A DNA stretch of 64,000 bases from IMG/VR virus record IMGVR_UViG_3300042885_001472; one strand, given 5' to 3'. This document shows, piece by piece, positions 53,184 through 63,979 of the stretch. Position 1 is the first letter of the stretch; each line of letters begins with the position of its first letter. Both the position numbers and the translations under genes were made by a program. The DNA comes from a virus (lineage: Duplodnaviria > Caudoviricetes). The notes beneath the pieces are model-generated. The model ran no database searches. It was not told where the DNA came from and saw only the letters and a program-made list of their open reading frames with translations.

Positions 53184-54662
53184 TTAGTGTTTTATCCTAT
53201 CTATTAATTCATTAATATCAATTTTTTCAACTAAATTAGTACTTTTATTTCTTATAACTATCTGAGTATGAGATGTAAAACATTTACCAACTCCTGTTGG
53301 ACCAAGGAAGATGAAGCTTCCTATAGGCCTTTTTGGGTTCTTAATACCCACCCTATTCCTTCTAAGAGCTTTCGCAATTTTCTCTACCGCTTCGTTTTGA
53401 CCGATAACTTTATCACCCAATTCTTTTCCCATATCTAAAAGTCTTAACCCCTCTTTAGTTGAAACTTTATTAAGTGGGATACCGGTCATCATAGAAACAA
53501 CTTCCGTTATTGATGATTCATCAACAAGACTTCTTTTATGGTTTAATTGTACCTCCCATAATTTTTTAGTTTTTTCTAAATCTTCATTTAGGATTCTTTC
53601 CTGATCTCTCAGTAAAGCGGCCTTTTCAAATTCTTGTGTCTTAACAACTGTGAGTTTTTTCTCCTTTAATTCAACAAGTTTCTTTTCTAATTCAACAATT
53701 TCTTTTGGTGGTTTAACAACAACTTGAGCTCTAGCTCCAGCTTCATCCAAAATATCAATCGCTTTATCTGGGAATTCTCGATCTGTAATATACCTTTCAG
53801 CTAACTTAACACATTCTTCAATAGCTTCTTTAGAATACTCAACTTTATGGTAATCTTCATACTTACCCTTAATATTATTTAAAATTGTTATAGTATCTTC
53901 TGGGGATGTTGGGTTAACCATAACTTGTTGAAATCTTCTAGTTAAAGCCCCATCTTTTTCAATGTTCTCTCTAAATTCATCTAATGTAGTCGCCCCAATA
54001 ATTTGGAGATCTCCTCTAGCCATCGCTGGTTTAAAAATATTTGACGCGTCAAGTGATCCGGAACTATTTCCAGCTCCAACAATTGTATGTAATTCATCAA
54101 TGAATAAAATTACATCTCTATTACCAACTAATTCGTCAAGAATACTTTTCATTCGTTCTTCAAACTGACCACGATATTTTGTACCGGCCACTAATGAAGA
54201 AAGATCTAAAGAAACAATTCTTTTACCTATTAATGTTCTTGGGGCTTTACCCTCTTTAATTTTTAACGCTAAACCCTCAATAATTGATGTATTGTGTGAT
54301 AAAATACCATTAGTGTAGTAACGTCTATTTGAATTTTCTGTTAATTCAAAGTCATACATAACTTCTTCATAACGTAAATCATTGATTTCAGAAATAACGC
54401 TAACAATAATTTGACCATTACCATCATCGGTTAAAATTTCATCACCAATATTTAAATCCTTAACAAAAACTTCCACAAAATCTTTATAGAAAACAATATG
54501 GTTATCAGCACATTTTAATTCTTTACCATCAGATAATTTAAGATGATACACTTGATATGGAATTGTTTTATGTAACTTTTCCAATTTTTTAAACCCATTA
54601 TCAGTTAAGATACTGAAGTTACTCATATCAAATGATTTTGTAAATTTTTTTAATTCTTTCAT
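53184..54662 (-). CDS. clpC: ClpC part 2: IntC-1 (124 aa, 54291-54662), rest of D1, UVR/M domain, D2 Walker A (336 aa), then IntN-2 (32 aa, 53187-53282)
   Basis: LSHN|TSIIEGLA, LVAGTKYRGQFEER, LFIDELH, IGATT, PDKAIDILDEAG, UVR helix, FIFLGPTGVGK|CFTSHTQIVIR. Confidence 0.93.
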   Translation of the reverse strand: MKELKKFTKSFDMSNFSILTDNGFKKLEKLHKTIPYQVYHLKLSDGKELKCADNHIVFYKDFVEVFVKDLNIGDEILTDDGNGQIIVSVISEINDLRYEEVMYDFELTENSNRRYYTNGILSHNTSIIEGLALKIKEGKAPRTLIGKRIVSLDLSSLVAGTKYRGQFEERMKSILDELVGNRDVILFIDELHTIVGAGNSSGSLDASNIFKPAMARGDLQIIGATTLDEFRENIEKDGALTRRFQQVMVNPTSPEDTITILNNIKGKYEDYHKVEYSKEAIEECVKLAERYITDREFPDKAIDILDEAGARAQVVVKPPKEIVELEKKLVELKEKKLTVVKTQEFEKAALLRDQERILNEDLEKTKKLWEVQLNHKRSLVDESSITEVVSMMTGIPLNKVSTKEGLRLLDMGKELGDKVIGQNEAVEKIAKALRRNRVGIKNPKRPIGSFIFLGPTGVGKCFTSHTQIVIRNKSTNLVEKIDINELIDRIKH

Positions 54663-54719
54663 ATATTTTATTTTTTAGATTCGTTTTTTCCCTTTTATTA
54701 TAAATGGTAACGTATTTAA

Positions 54720-55544
54720 TTAGGGATTAGATAATGTTTTCAATAATTCTTCAATAGTAGTTTTTATCACTTCACCTGTTAAATCATTTCTCATAACAAC
54801 CTCAGTATCAGAACAAATACACTTACCAACACCCGGGTCGCCTATCAAAACGGGATTATTTTTCTTACGTCTACTCAAAATTTGAGCAACTCTTTGAATC
54901 TCATCATCTCTACCAATAACTGGATCAATTTTACCTTCTTCAGCTGATACCGTAATATCTTTAGAAAAATTATCTAAAATTGGTGTTTTACTACTAGTTT
55001 TAGTGTACTTCTTTTTTTCTGGTTCAATTGGACTACTTTCTTGTTCGTCACCTTCATAACTCGCCATAATACTTAATTCTTTAATTTTTTGTTTAAAACT
55101 ATTATAATCAACCTCAAAATCATTTAATAAAGAAGCTATGTCAGATTTAGAATTTAACATAGACAAAATCAAATGATTTAAATCAATAAACTCTGACTTT
55201 AGACTTACCGCCTCATTATCTGAATTATTAATTATTTCTGTACTATCCTTATTTAGGGGTAATATGTTATACTTTTTTTGTACTCTAGGTACGATATTTT
55301 GTTGACAATTAAATTGTAACTTAACTATCAATTTTTTAGTATCAACATTCATACTCACTAATGTTTTAACCCCCATATTATTATTATCTCTAAGTATTGA
55401 TAATAAGATATGTTCAGGTCTCACATTCACATCATTAAATTCTTTCGCGGTATCAAACGAAGAGTTCATAATTTGTTTCACTTTAGGTATTACTCTTTTC
55501 ATATTGATTAAGTTTAGTATTTTTTTTCTTAAAAGTCCAATCAT
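54720..55544 (-). CDS. clpC: ClpC part 1: Clp N-terminal repeats, D1 Walker A, then IntN-1 (33 aa, 54723-54821)
   Basis: [47 protein letters not shown]|[11 protein letters not shown]. Confidence 0.93.
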   Translation of the reverse strand: MIGLLRKKILNLINMKRVIPKVKQIMNSSFDTAKEFNDVNVRPEHILLSILRDNNNMGVKTLVSMNVDTKKLIVKLQFNCQQNIVPRVQKKYNILPLNKDSTEIINNSDNEAVSLKSEFIDLNHLILSMLNSKSDIASLLNDFEVDYNSFKQKIKELSIMASYEGDEQESSPIEPEKKKYTKTSSKTPILDNFSKDITVSAEEGKIDPVIGRDDEIQRVAQILSRRKKNNPVLIGDPGVGKCICSDTEVVMRNDLTGEVIKTTIEELLKTLSNP

Positions 55545-55642
55545 TATATAAATATCTTCATAAAATTGTTACTTTTTTTAAAATGAAAAAAAATATGTTA
55601 AAAAACTTTTTTTATTAGAAAATAAGTTATACATTTGTGATT

Positions 55643-55960
55643 ATGTATAATACAGCTCCAAAATATAGAAAAATTGAGATTCTACTAAACAAATCTGGTG
55701 AATCAAAATATAATACCCCCATTCAAGGTGAGAAAAAAGATAAACCAAATAGTATTGGTATTAATAAAGTAACAGATACATCTTTTTCTACAAGAGAGAA
55801 ATGTGTTTTTGAAGATGTGGCTTTAGTAGTAACCGGTGGTTATATTTTAATAACCCAAGAAAATGGTGGTGATGATCTGGGTTCTGAAAGAAGTACTATT
55901 GGTAGGATTTTTGATTTAAAGGATGTATATTCTTATAAAGCGTATTTTGAAGAACGATAA
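55643..55960 (+). CDS. Hypothetical protein
   Basis: ATG at 55643 downstream of the TACATTTG promoter at 55630. Confidence 0.65.
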   Translation: MYNTAPKYRKIEILLNKSGESKYNTPIQGEKKDKPNSIGINKVTDTSFSTREKCVFEDVALVVTGGYILITQENGGDDLGSERSTIGRIFDLKDVYSYKAYFEER

Positions 55961-55983
55961 AAATAATAAATAAATAAAGTAAT

Positions 55984-56283
55984 ATGGTAATATCAAAACA
56001 AATGGAAGGATCAGTAGTTCAGTCACTATATGATTCAAGTAATGTGATAGCTTCACAATTTAATACTGACACTAAAAATTTAGTGATTATATTCAGTAAA
56101 GGTAATCAATATCTTTACGAGAATGTTGAATACTCTGATTACACAAAATTTGAAGTCTCTAAAAGTCAGGGTAAGTCATTTAATGAATTCATTAAAAAGT
56201 ATTCCGGTAAAAAATTAGGTGAAGTGGATGTTACTTCAATAAAAGAAGATATACGATTAATTAAAGAAAGTCATGGAAAATAA
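55984..56283 (+). CDS. KTSC domain protein
   Basis: SSNV....YN..L.I.F..G..Y.Y..V......F..S.S.GK.FN..IK pattern. Confidence 0.8.
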   Translation: MVISKQMEGSVVQSLYDSSNVIASQFNTDTKNLVIIFSKGNQYLYENVEYSDYTKFEVSKSQGKSFNEFIKKYSGKKLGEVDVTSIKEDIRLIKESHGK

Positions 56284-58239
56284 TTTAGACAGTGAATATA
56301 CGGCCACACACATAGGTGAAGGTAAATTTGAAGTTAAAATGTCTAATGGTGATATTAAGAATAGTGGTCCTAATATGGAAGGTATGATACGATACACATA
56401 TTTTGAAGATTATGAATTACCACCAATAGGTTGGAATATTACTAGAGATCAATTAATAAAAGATTATTTTCCAAAGTTAATGAAAGATGTACAAGAAGGT
56501 AAAATTGATTTAAATAAACTAAAACCAGATGAAAAAACTAACAAGTAAAAATATAACGAATATAGTTAATCAGTTTCCGGTAAAATATGAATATGGTTTT
56601 ATGGCTTCTGAAATAAATTCTTTGTTAACTGAATATGATATTAATGAAGATTCTTTTTATAAGTCTCTTGGTGTTAACACTTGTATGGTTATTGAAGGTC
56701 AAACCATCACATATCATTGTGATATTGAGAAGGCTTTATTTTGTGTGGTAGAAAATAGGGGTGAAGATCTTTGGGAATGGGATTAATATTAAATAAACAG
56801 TATAATGGGTAAAGAAGAATTTTATAAATATGGAGAATCATTAGGTATTAGTATCAATGATTTACAAAGACTTAGAATGTTGAATAATCAAGATGTGTCA
56901 GACATTTCAAAAGTAACAAGGTTTGAAGTTATAGATGAAAGTGGTAGAAGTTATACTAGACATAATTCTAATGTAGAACTATCTTATCAAGATGATGGGA
57001 GAACATTAAAAGTATTCATAAACAAAGAAGAAAATGGGTAAAATAGTATACTACACTTGGATAGGAATTGGAATTATTATAGGTTTACCCATAGTTCTAG
57101 TTCTTCTATTAGGGTTATGGGTACATGATAAGTATCATAAATTAACATGTAAAATGTGTAAAATAAAATAAAATGACAAAATACAAAAAACCAAAATGGA
57201 CTTTCCAGTTCTACAAACCATTCTACTTTGAATGGAAACCAATTTACAGAAGTTTACCAGAACTAATGTGGAAAGATAAATTTGATTCACCACGTTGTGA
57301 ACTAGAACCATATTATAAATTTGAATGGTTATGGTTTGGGGTCAGAGCTCAACAAGGAACTGATGATGAATGGTGTCAGTGGTTGTGGGTATATGAATAC
57401 AATGATGGTGATGTAGAGAAAGCGAAAAATAGTTGGGGATGGATAGATTATAATACTAAAAAATCAACTTGGAACGATGGATATGGAAAATAAAAAAAGA
57501 GAAGAAGGTATCATTGGTAGTGTAGTAACTACTTTATTATTTTTAATTTGGAATTTAAGTTTCTTATTTATTTTAATAGACTTTGGATTTGATCCGGTAG
57601 GATTTGTTCTTTACTCTGTAGTTACATTTATTTTAGGTTTAATGTCTTTTGAATATTGTTTTGGTCTTGAAAAAATAAGAACTTTAGGTTTTACCATTTT
57701 TGAATTTGAGATGTGGGATAAAGATAATAGAGAATATGTTAAAAGATATGATTGGGGTATTGAGGAGTTACACGCTAAATATTTTTTCCATAAACAAACA
57801 TCTACAATGTTAACATCAACAAAAATTGAAGATATTAAAGAACGAGCTTTAAGTTGTAGTTATTCACCAACAAAAGATAAAACAATGGTTATGAAAGTAA
57901 TATTAGGTTATGTTGAATCAATAATTAAAAATCGTGAATCAATTGAAAATGTTAAAATAAAAAATATTGTGACTTTAGAAAGTCATTCATTAGATGAATT
58001 AATTAAACTTGTAAATGGAAAATAAAATACCAACAACAGAGGATGTTATGATTCCTTATTTTTTATATGATAATGAAGATAAGGATCTAATTAAATCGGC
58101 GATGATTGAATTCGCTAAACTACATGTTGAAGCCGCTTTGAAAGGTTGTTTAAATAAATATCATCACGCTTCAGAAGAAAACTATGTTTTTGGAAGTAGT
58201 GAAATTATGAACGCTTACTCACTAACTAATATAAAATAA
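56273..58239 (+). CDS. Array of small hypothetical genes (56273-56548, 56529-56786, 56805-57041, 57173-57493, 57477-58025 membrane protein, 58015-58239)
   Basis: Overlapping co-oriented ORFs. Confidence 0.75.
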
Positions 58240-59361
58240 ATGGAAAATAATAACTCAGTATCTTATGTAGCTCGTATTAACGAGATTAAAGAAATCCCTG
58301 GTGCGGATAATATCGAACAAGGTATTATTGGTGGGTGGAATTGTATTATAAAAAAGGGTGACTATAAAGTAGATGATTTAGTCGTAGTGACAACTACAGA
58401 CGCTGTCATACCTGAAGAATTATCTGAAAAATTAGGTGTAACTAATTACTTACGTAAAGGTAATCGTGTTAGAACTGTTAAATTAAGAGGTGTATACTCT
58501 GAATGTTTAATTATTCCAATCACTTACATCCAAGGTGTTAAACGTGTTGAGGGTGTTGATTGTATGGAATTACTGGGGATATTCAAATACGAACCACCGG
58601 TTAAACAAATTCAATTAGCGTCTGGTAAAAAGATTAAGTATAAAGATAATCCTAACTTCCAAGTTTATTATAAATTCCCTAACTTAAAAAATGTTAAAGG
58701 AATGTTTACTGAAGAAGATGTTGTTGAAATTACTAGAAAAATCCATGGTACAAATGCCCGTTATGGTATTGTTAAGAAAACTAAATTAAAGTTTTTAGAT
58801 AAAGTTAAAAAGTTTTTTGGTTTGGTTGATAAATGGGTTGATTATGAATTTGTTTATGGATCACATAATGTAGAGAAGGGTTCTGATTCACAAGGATACT
58901 ATAGTACAGACGTATGGTCAACTATCATTGAAAAATATGATATTAAAAATAAACTTTGGAAATTCTTTAAAGAAAATAATCAATTAATGGGATGGGAAAA
59001 CCTTATCATTTATGGGGAAATATATGGTCCAGGTATTCAAAAGAATTATGATTATAAATTAGATGAAATTAAATTTGCTGGGTTTGATTCAACAATAAAT
59101 GGAGTATATGAAAGTACTGAAGGATCGTGTCTCACATTTGGATTTTTAGATATACCTTATGTACCTACATTATATCGAGGAAATTGGTCTCAAGAAGTAC
59201 AAGACAAATATACATTTAATAACTTTATTGAAGGGACTAAAGTACCACACGAAGGTATTGTAATTAAACATGAGTCCGGTAATAGACATAAGGTTGCTAA
59301 GGTTATAAATCCCGAATATTTAATTTATGGAGAAAAATATGATGTAGGAGATTCACACTAA
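58240..59361 (+). CDS. RNA ligase (Rnl2/DRB0094-type) with N-terminal OB-like domain
   Basis: Motif I RKIHGTN, YGEIYGPGIQ, FAGFD, HEGIVIK, KVIN. Confidence 0.88.
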   Translation: MENNNSVSYVARINEIKEIPGADNIEQGIIGGWNCIIKKGDYKVDDLVVVTTTDAVIPEELSEKLGVTNYLRKGNRVRTVKLRGVYSECLIIPITYIQGVKRVEGVDCMELLGIFKYEPPVKQIQLASGKKIKYKDNPNFQVYYKFPNLKNVKGMFTEEDVVEITRKIHGTNARYGIVKKTKLKFLDKVKKFFGLVDKWVDYEFVYGSHNVEKGSDSQGYYSTDVWSTIIEKYDIKNKLWKFFKENNQLMGWENLIIYGEIYGPGIQKNYDYKLDEIKFAGFDSTINGVYESTEGSCLTFGFLDIPYVPTLYRGNWSQEVQDKYTFNNFIEGTKVPHEGIVIKHESGNRHKVAKVINPEYLIYGEKYDVGDSH

Positions 59362-59371
59362 AAATAAAGAT

Positions 59372-59815
59372 ATGGAAAATAACAAACTAATAGCTGAGTT
59401 TATGGAAACCGTAGGAAATGTAGATTTCCATGATGGTAAAGGATTCGTTCCAATTTATTGGTATGAAGGAATAAATGGTGGTAAAACACCATACAAAGAA
59501 GATGAACTAGAATACCATAAATCATGGGACTGGTTAATACCAGTAGTAGAAAAGATTGAATCGCTAGATTTAAAGGAGTATGGATATAAGTGGGAAGGAA
59601 TAGATGGAGAAACTGAATATAACAATGGTTCTATTTGTGTTGAGATAGAACAAAATAGATGTTGGATTTATATGAATTTACAATTAGATCCATTTCATAC
59701 ATTTAATGAAAAAACACATAGACAAAAATTTGATACCAAAATAGAAGCAGTATATGCTGCTGTAGTAGAGTTTATTGAATACTATAACATACTAATAAAA
59801 AACCAAGACAAATGA
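59372..59815 (+). CDS. Conserved phage hypothetical protein
   Basis: NNKLIAEFM..YHKSWDWLIPVVEKIE..IEAVY.AVVEFI. Confidence 0.7.
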   Translation: MENNKLIAEFMETVGNVDFHDGKGFVPIYWYEGINGGKTPYKEDELEYHKSWDWLIPVVEKIESLDLKEYGYKWEGIDGETEYNNGSICVEIEQNRCWIYMNLQLDPFHTFNEKTHRQKFDTKIEAVYAAVVEFIEYYNILIKNQDK

Positions 59816-60228
59816 GAAAAATATACTTAGATGATGTAAGAACTCCAGAAGATCCTACCTGGACAGTAGTCCGAAATTATAACGAATTTACTGATGTAAT
59901 AGAAGAATTTGGTTTAGATACAATCGATCAAATCTCTTTAGATCACGATTTAGGTGATAGCGCAATGAAAGAGTACTTCAATAACGTACATCCTAATTAT
60001 TGTTTGAATTATGACAACATCACCGAAAAGACTGGTATGGATTGTGTTAAATGGTTGGTTGAGCTGTGTTTAGATAACAACCTCACTCTACCTTTAATAA
60101 CTGTACATTCAGCAAATCCTATAGGAAGTGCTAATATGATGGGTTACATCAATAACTTCTTTATGAATACAAAACGTCCTCAAAACTGCGTAAGAGTTAA
60201 AATTCCACATACAATAAAAAGAGACTAA
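59812..60228 (+). CDS. Cyclic-phosphate-processing receiver-domain protein
   Basis: IYLDDVR, ISLDHDLG, TGMDCVKWL, VHSANPIG. Confidence 0.8.
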   Translation: MRKIYLDDVRTPEDPTWTVVRNYNEFTDVIEEFGLDTIDQISLDHDLGDSAMKEYFNNVHPNYCLNYDNITEKTGMDCVKWLVELCLDNNLTLPLITVHSANPIGSANMMGYINNFFMNTKRPQNCVRVKIPHTIKRD

Positions 60229-60229
60229 T

Positions 60230-63200
60230 ATGGAAGAAATAATTTTAGGGGGAGGTTACACTTGTAGCGTATGTGGTCAATACCAAAGAACCTCCGCTTT
60301 ATGTTATCATAATAATAATTTAATACCGGAAGATGTGGACATTGATAATACTAATACGGAACAAACAGCGATAGAATGGTTTACTGAAATAACAACACAA
60401 CTTGGTTACGTATCAACAGATATACTTGAACAAGCCAAAGAAATGGAAAAACAACATCTTTGTAAAATGTACATTCAAGGGAGAAAAGACAATCACTTAG
60501 ATTACTATCCAGAAAAACACGCTAACGAAACCTATAACGAAATGTTTAAAAAAGACTAATATGAAAACATACATATTAAATATGACACTCTCATCACCAA
60601 AAAACATTGAGGAAAGTGAAATCTTAGACAAATTAGTTCAATTTGCGGAAGATAATAATTACCTATTAGGAGGAGGACTTCAATTGGTGGATGAGATTAA
60701 TCCCAAAGACCATTGTAATTATAGTGGTTTACCTTCACCATCAGCTTACGATAAGACTAATATGGAAGAAGAAGTAATTTGTCCAAATTGTGATAATAAA
60801 GAAAATTTTCATTTTAATTATGATTATAATGATGTTAACTTACCAATTATAGATATATTATGTAATACATGTGGGACTTTTTTTAAAATAAATTAATATG
60901 GAAACAACGATGAAAAATCATTTAGAATGGTTAAAGGGTAGAATGGTGGTAACCCCACAAATGGAAGAGGAACTACTTGAACAAGAAAAACGACAGATTA
61001 TTGACGCTTATAGTCAAGGTTTAAATGATTGGATTACTACAGATATGAGTATCAAAACAATTAATAAAGTGTCAGAACAATATTATAACGAAACATTTAA
61101 ATAAGATTAGTATGGAAGATAAACCAAAATTAGAATCCGCGTCATTTGATTTTTCTCAAGGTGGTAATTGTGTATCAAGTAGTGATGAGGCTGAATTTTT
61201 AACTATACAATGTGAATCATCTTTAGGTATAGATCGGGATGGTGGGTGTTTTTTTATTTTAAAAACAGAAAAATGGTCAGTTGATTGTGAACAAGATTTA
61301 AAAGAACTATTTGATAGGATTAATACAATTGTTAAAAAAAATGAAAATGAAATATGAAAAAAACTAAATTATCTTTAATCAATCACGAAGGAGATTGTCT
61401 TTGGGCGATACGTTCCGGTGATGATGTGGTTGTTTATGATCAATGGGAAGATCTTGTTGAGATTTTAAATGTAGAAAAATTCTGTTTATGGTTGGATGGT
61501 GAAACCGGCCTTACCGATTCACACGGAAAAACCTGGTACTGGACAAAAGAAAGTAGAGAGGCTAAACCAAGTATGTGGAAATTGATTAATTTTTTGAAAT
61601 AATTTTTGTTTTATAATTAATAATTCTTATATTTGTAAAATGAATAAAGAAAAAGAGTTTGAAGTTATGTATGATAAAATTGTTGAGGAATCTAAAGGAA
61701 ACTTAACAAATCAAGAATATAGGGAATTAATTACATTAGAATATGTTGTCAGTCAAGGTTATGATAAACCAGGTGATACTGAACGATATATGGAGTTAAG
61801 TAAAAGAAGATAAGATGAATAAAGACCAAGAAGAATTATTGGATGAGGTTTATGAATCTTTTATGTTACAAAATGGATTCAAATACGAAAATGGACTATT
61901 GGTGGGTAAAATTGGTGGATTAAATCAACTAAATGTCACTTATTGGTTAACAAAGGAAGTGTTCATCAATAAATGTAAAACTAACCCAGAGTTCTCTGAA
62001 ACGTTGGATCTAAAGATTGAAGAACGAGAGTTAACTTTTGAAGAGAGATGGGAATTATCAAAAAAATATGGATACATAAAAAGCGATTGTGAAATACCTT
62101 CACCAGATTCGGTTTATATGGGGATTAATGAGAGAGAAACAATGATTGGTATCTGGAATGATCCAATAGTAAATAGTAATATCCCAACAAAATTAATCAC
62201 AATAACATATAACGATAAAACAATAGAAAGTTGTGAATAAAGAATTAATATCTAAATTATTAAGGGCGTCTCAAGAGATTGATAGAACACCTAAAGCTGA
62301 ATATATTCATCTTTCCGAAGACTTTATACAAAAACAAGCTGACGAAAAGAACATATCATTTGATGAAATGGTAAAGATTATTGAAAACGAACTAAACCCA
62401 AAAAAATAGAAAGTTATGAATAAAGAAGAAGCAAAAGACGAGCTAATCAAAGTATTAGAATCTCAAGTAATGGACTTATCAATGATGTCTAAAATTGAAT
62501 TAGGTGATGATGTAATCGCTGAACTTAAACGATTAAAAGAGATTATAAATGAAAAGGTTTAATGACTTGGATGTGAGAATTCAAATGTTAATCATAGTAG
62601 GGCCTTTGATTGCTCTTTTAATATTTTCACACTACCAACATAGAAATTACCCTTATTGGATGGAAACAAGATATGTAAAAGTTATAAAATGAACAGACTC
62701 ATTAAAACACAAGAAGAACTTGAAGTATATCAAAAAGAAGTTCGAAACAGACAATATGAAACAAATCCTGTAACGGTTAGTTTTAGTGATGATTGGGATA
62801 ATATGGAACCTTATAATTTTGATATTGAGTATATAAAAGTTACAAGAACCGATAATCACGAAATTATAGAACGAGTAAAATATTAAAATGAAAGTAATAC
62901 AAGTATATAAGCCATTACAAGATAGTAATACCGAGTTAGAAAAATTGGAACTTGTTGAGTATATTACAAAGACAGAGGATGATTTTAAAAATCCCGGTAC
63001 TATAACAACAAGTGTACATAAAAGAATCCCTTACTGGTGTGTTAAATCAGAAATGTTAAAACCAAATGAAACTTATCAAGAATGGTTAAAAAGAAAAAAA
63101 GAAGCTATTGAATACGCAAAAGAACATTCAACCTCAATTAAAGATGTTGAAGGAATTTATTTCTATGATATACAAGCAATAGGTCTAATAGTAGATGGAT

Positions 63201-63849
63201 GGGATGAAAATAATGAAATAAAAATATCTAAGGATAAATTTGGTATGATGGTTAGATATGATTACATTTATAGAGATAATTTAAAAAAATGAACAAACTA
63301 GATAACACATATTCAATACCACTATATGAAAATGGTATTAAAACTGAATGGACTATAGATGGTATAGTTGGAGATGAAAAATATCAAAAATTAATATCAA
63401 CAGAAGGTAATCTACCTGTGTTAGTTAATGTTACTACAAAACAAGCAAAATGAACAACCTAGATAAACTGACAATAGATAAAGTGGATAAATTTCTTAAA
63501 GAATTGTCTGAGGCGAATGTTGGTATAAGAAGAAAGTTATTAGCTATGAAAAAATTTTTAGAGAAAGAAACTATATTATTAGATAAAAAATTGTAATAAT
63601 GAACAACCTATATAAACAATGAAAATCACATACGATAAAAGAACTTATAATATTGAAGATGGTGATAAGAAATATGAAGTTGTTCATATTGTAAAACACC
63701 CAAACAAAGAGTATGATACAGACACTTATTATTTCTATGAATATAGAGAAAGTGATATCCCAGATGCTTCTGGTACTTGGCATTTTGAACCATCTGAAGA
63801 ATTAGTAAATAAAATAAAAGATTATATTAGAGAATATGAAAAGGTTTAA
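60230..63849 (+). CDS. Array of small hypothetical genes (60230-60559, 60561-60896 Zn ribbon, 60898-61104, 61112-61357, 61354-61602, 61640-61813, 61815-62240, 62687-62886, 62888-63292, 63289-63453, 63450-63596, 63619-63849 and others)
   Basis: Abutting, frequently ATGA-coupled ORFs; TATATTTG promoter at 61628. Confidence 0.7.
62549..62692 (+). CDS. 47-aa single-TM protein, copy 1 (missed by the ORF track)
   Basis: MKRFNDLDVRIQMLIIVGPLIALLIFSHYQHRNYPYWMETRYVKVIK*; near-identical copy at 63836-63979. Confidence 0.7.
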   Translation: MKRFNDLDVRIQMLIIVGPLIALLIFSHYQHRNYPYWMETRYVKVIK

Positions 63850-63979
63850 TGACTTAGATGTGAGAATTCAAATGGTAATTATAGTACTACCTTTGATTGC
63901 TCTTTTTATATTTGCACACTACCAACATAGAAATGAACCTTATTGGATGGAAACAAGATACGTAAAAATTATAAAATGA
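63836..63979 (+). CDS. 47-aa single-TM protein, copy 2
   Basis: MKRFNDLDVRIQMVIIVLPLIALFIFAHYQHRNEPYWMETRYVKIIK*. Confidence 0.7.
   Translation: MKRFNDLDVRIQMVIIVLPLIALFIFAHYQHRNEPYWMETRYVKIIK

Noticed and set aside
54663-54719. Intron, stop read-through or sequencing error joining ClpC parts 1 and 2
   Set aside because: The spacer is in frame but bounded by and containing two TAA codons, has no intron-like structure, and the split position matches known atypical split inteins and the second site.
1021-63783. Antisense or shadow ORFs in the track (e.g. 1021-1236, 1312-1506, 3080-3310, 9545-9742, 11205-11426, 16833-17036, 19448-19636, 21598-21888, 36143-36349, 37871-38308, 38713-39120, 41455-41736, 45476-45664, 46754-47017, 49726-50037, 50641-50862, 52761-53207, 53962-54168, 62653-62859, 63571-63783)
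   Set aside because: They lie opposite or out of frame within better-supported genes and have the Ile/Leu/Phe/Ser-rich composition typical of AT-rich antisense frames.
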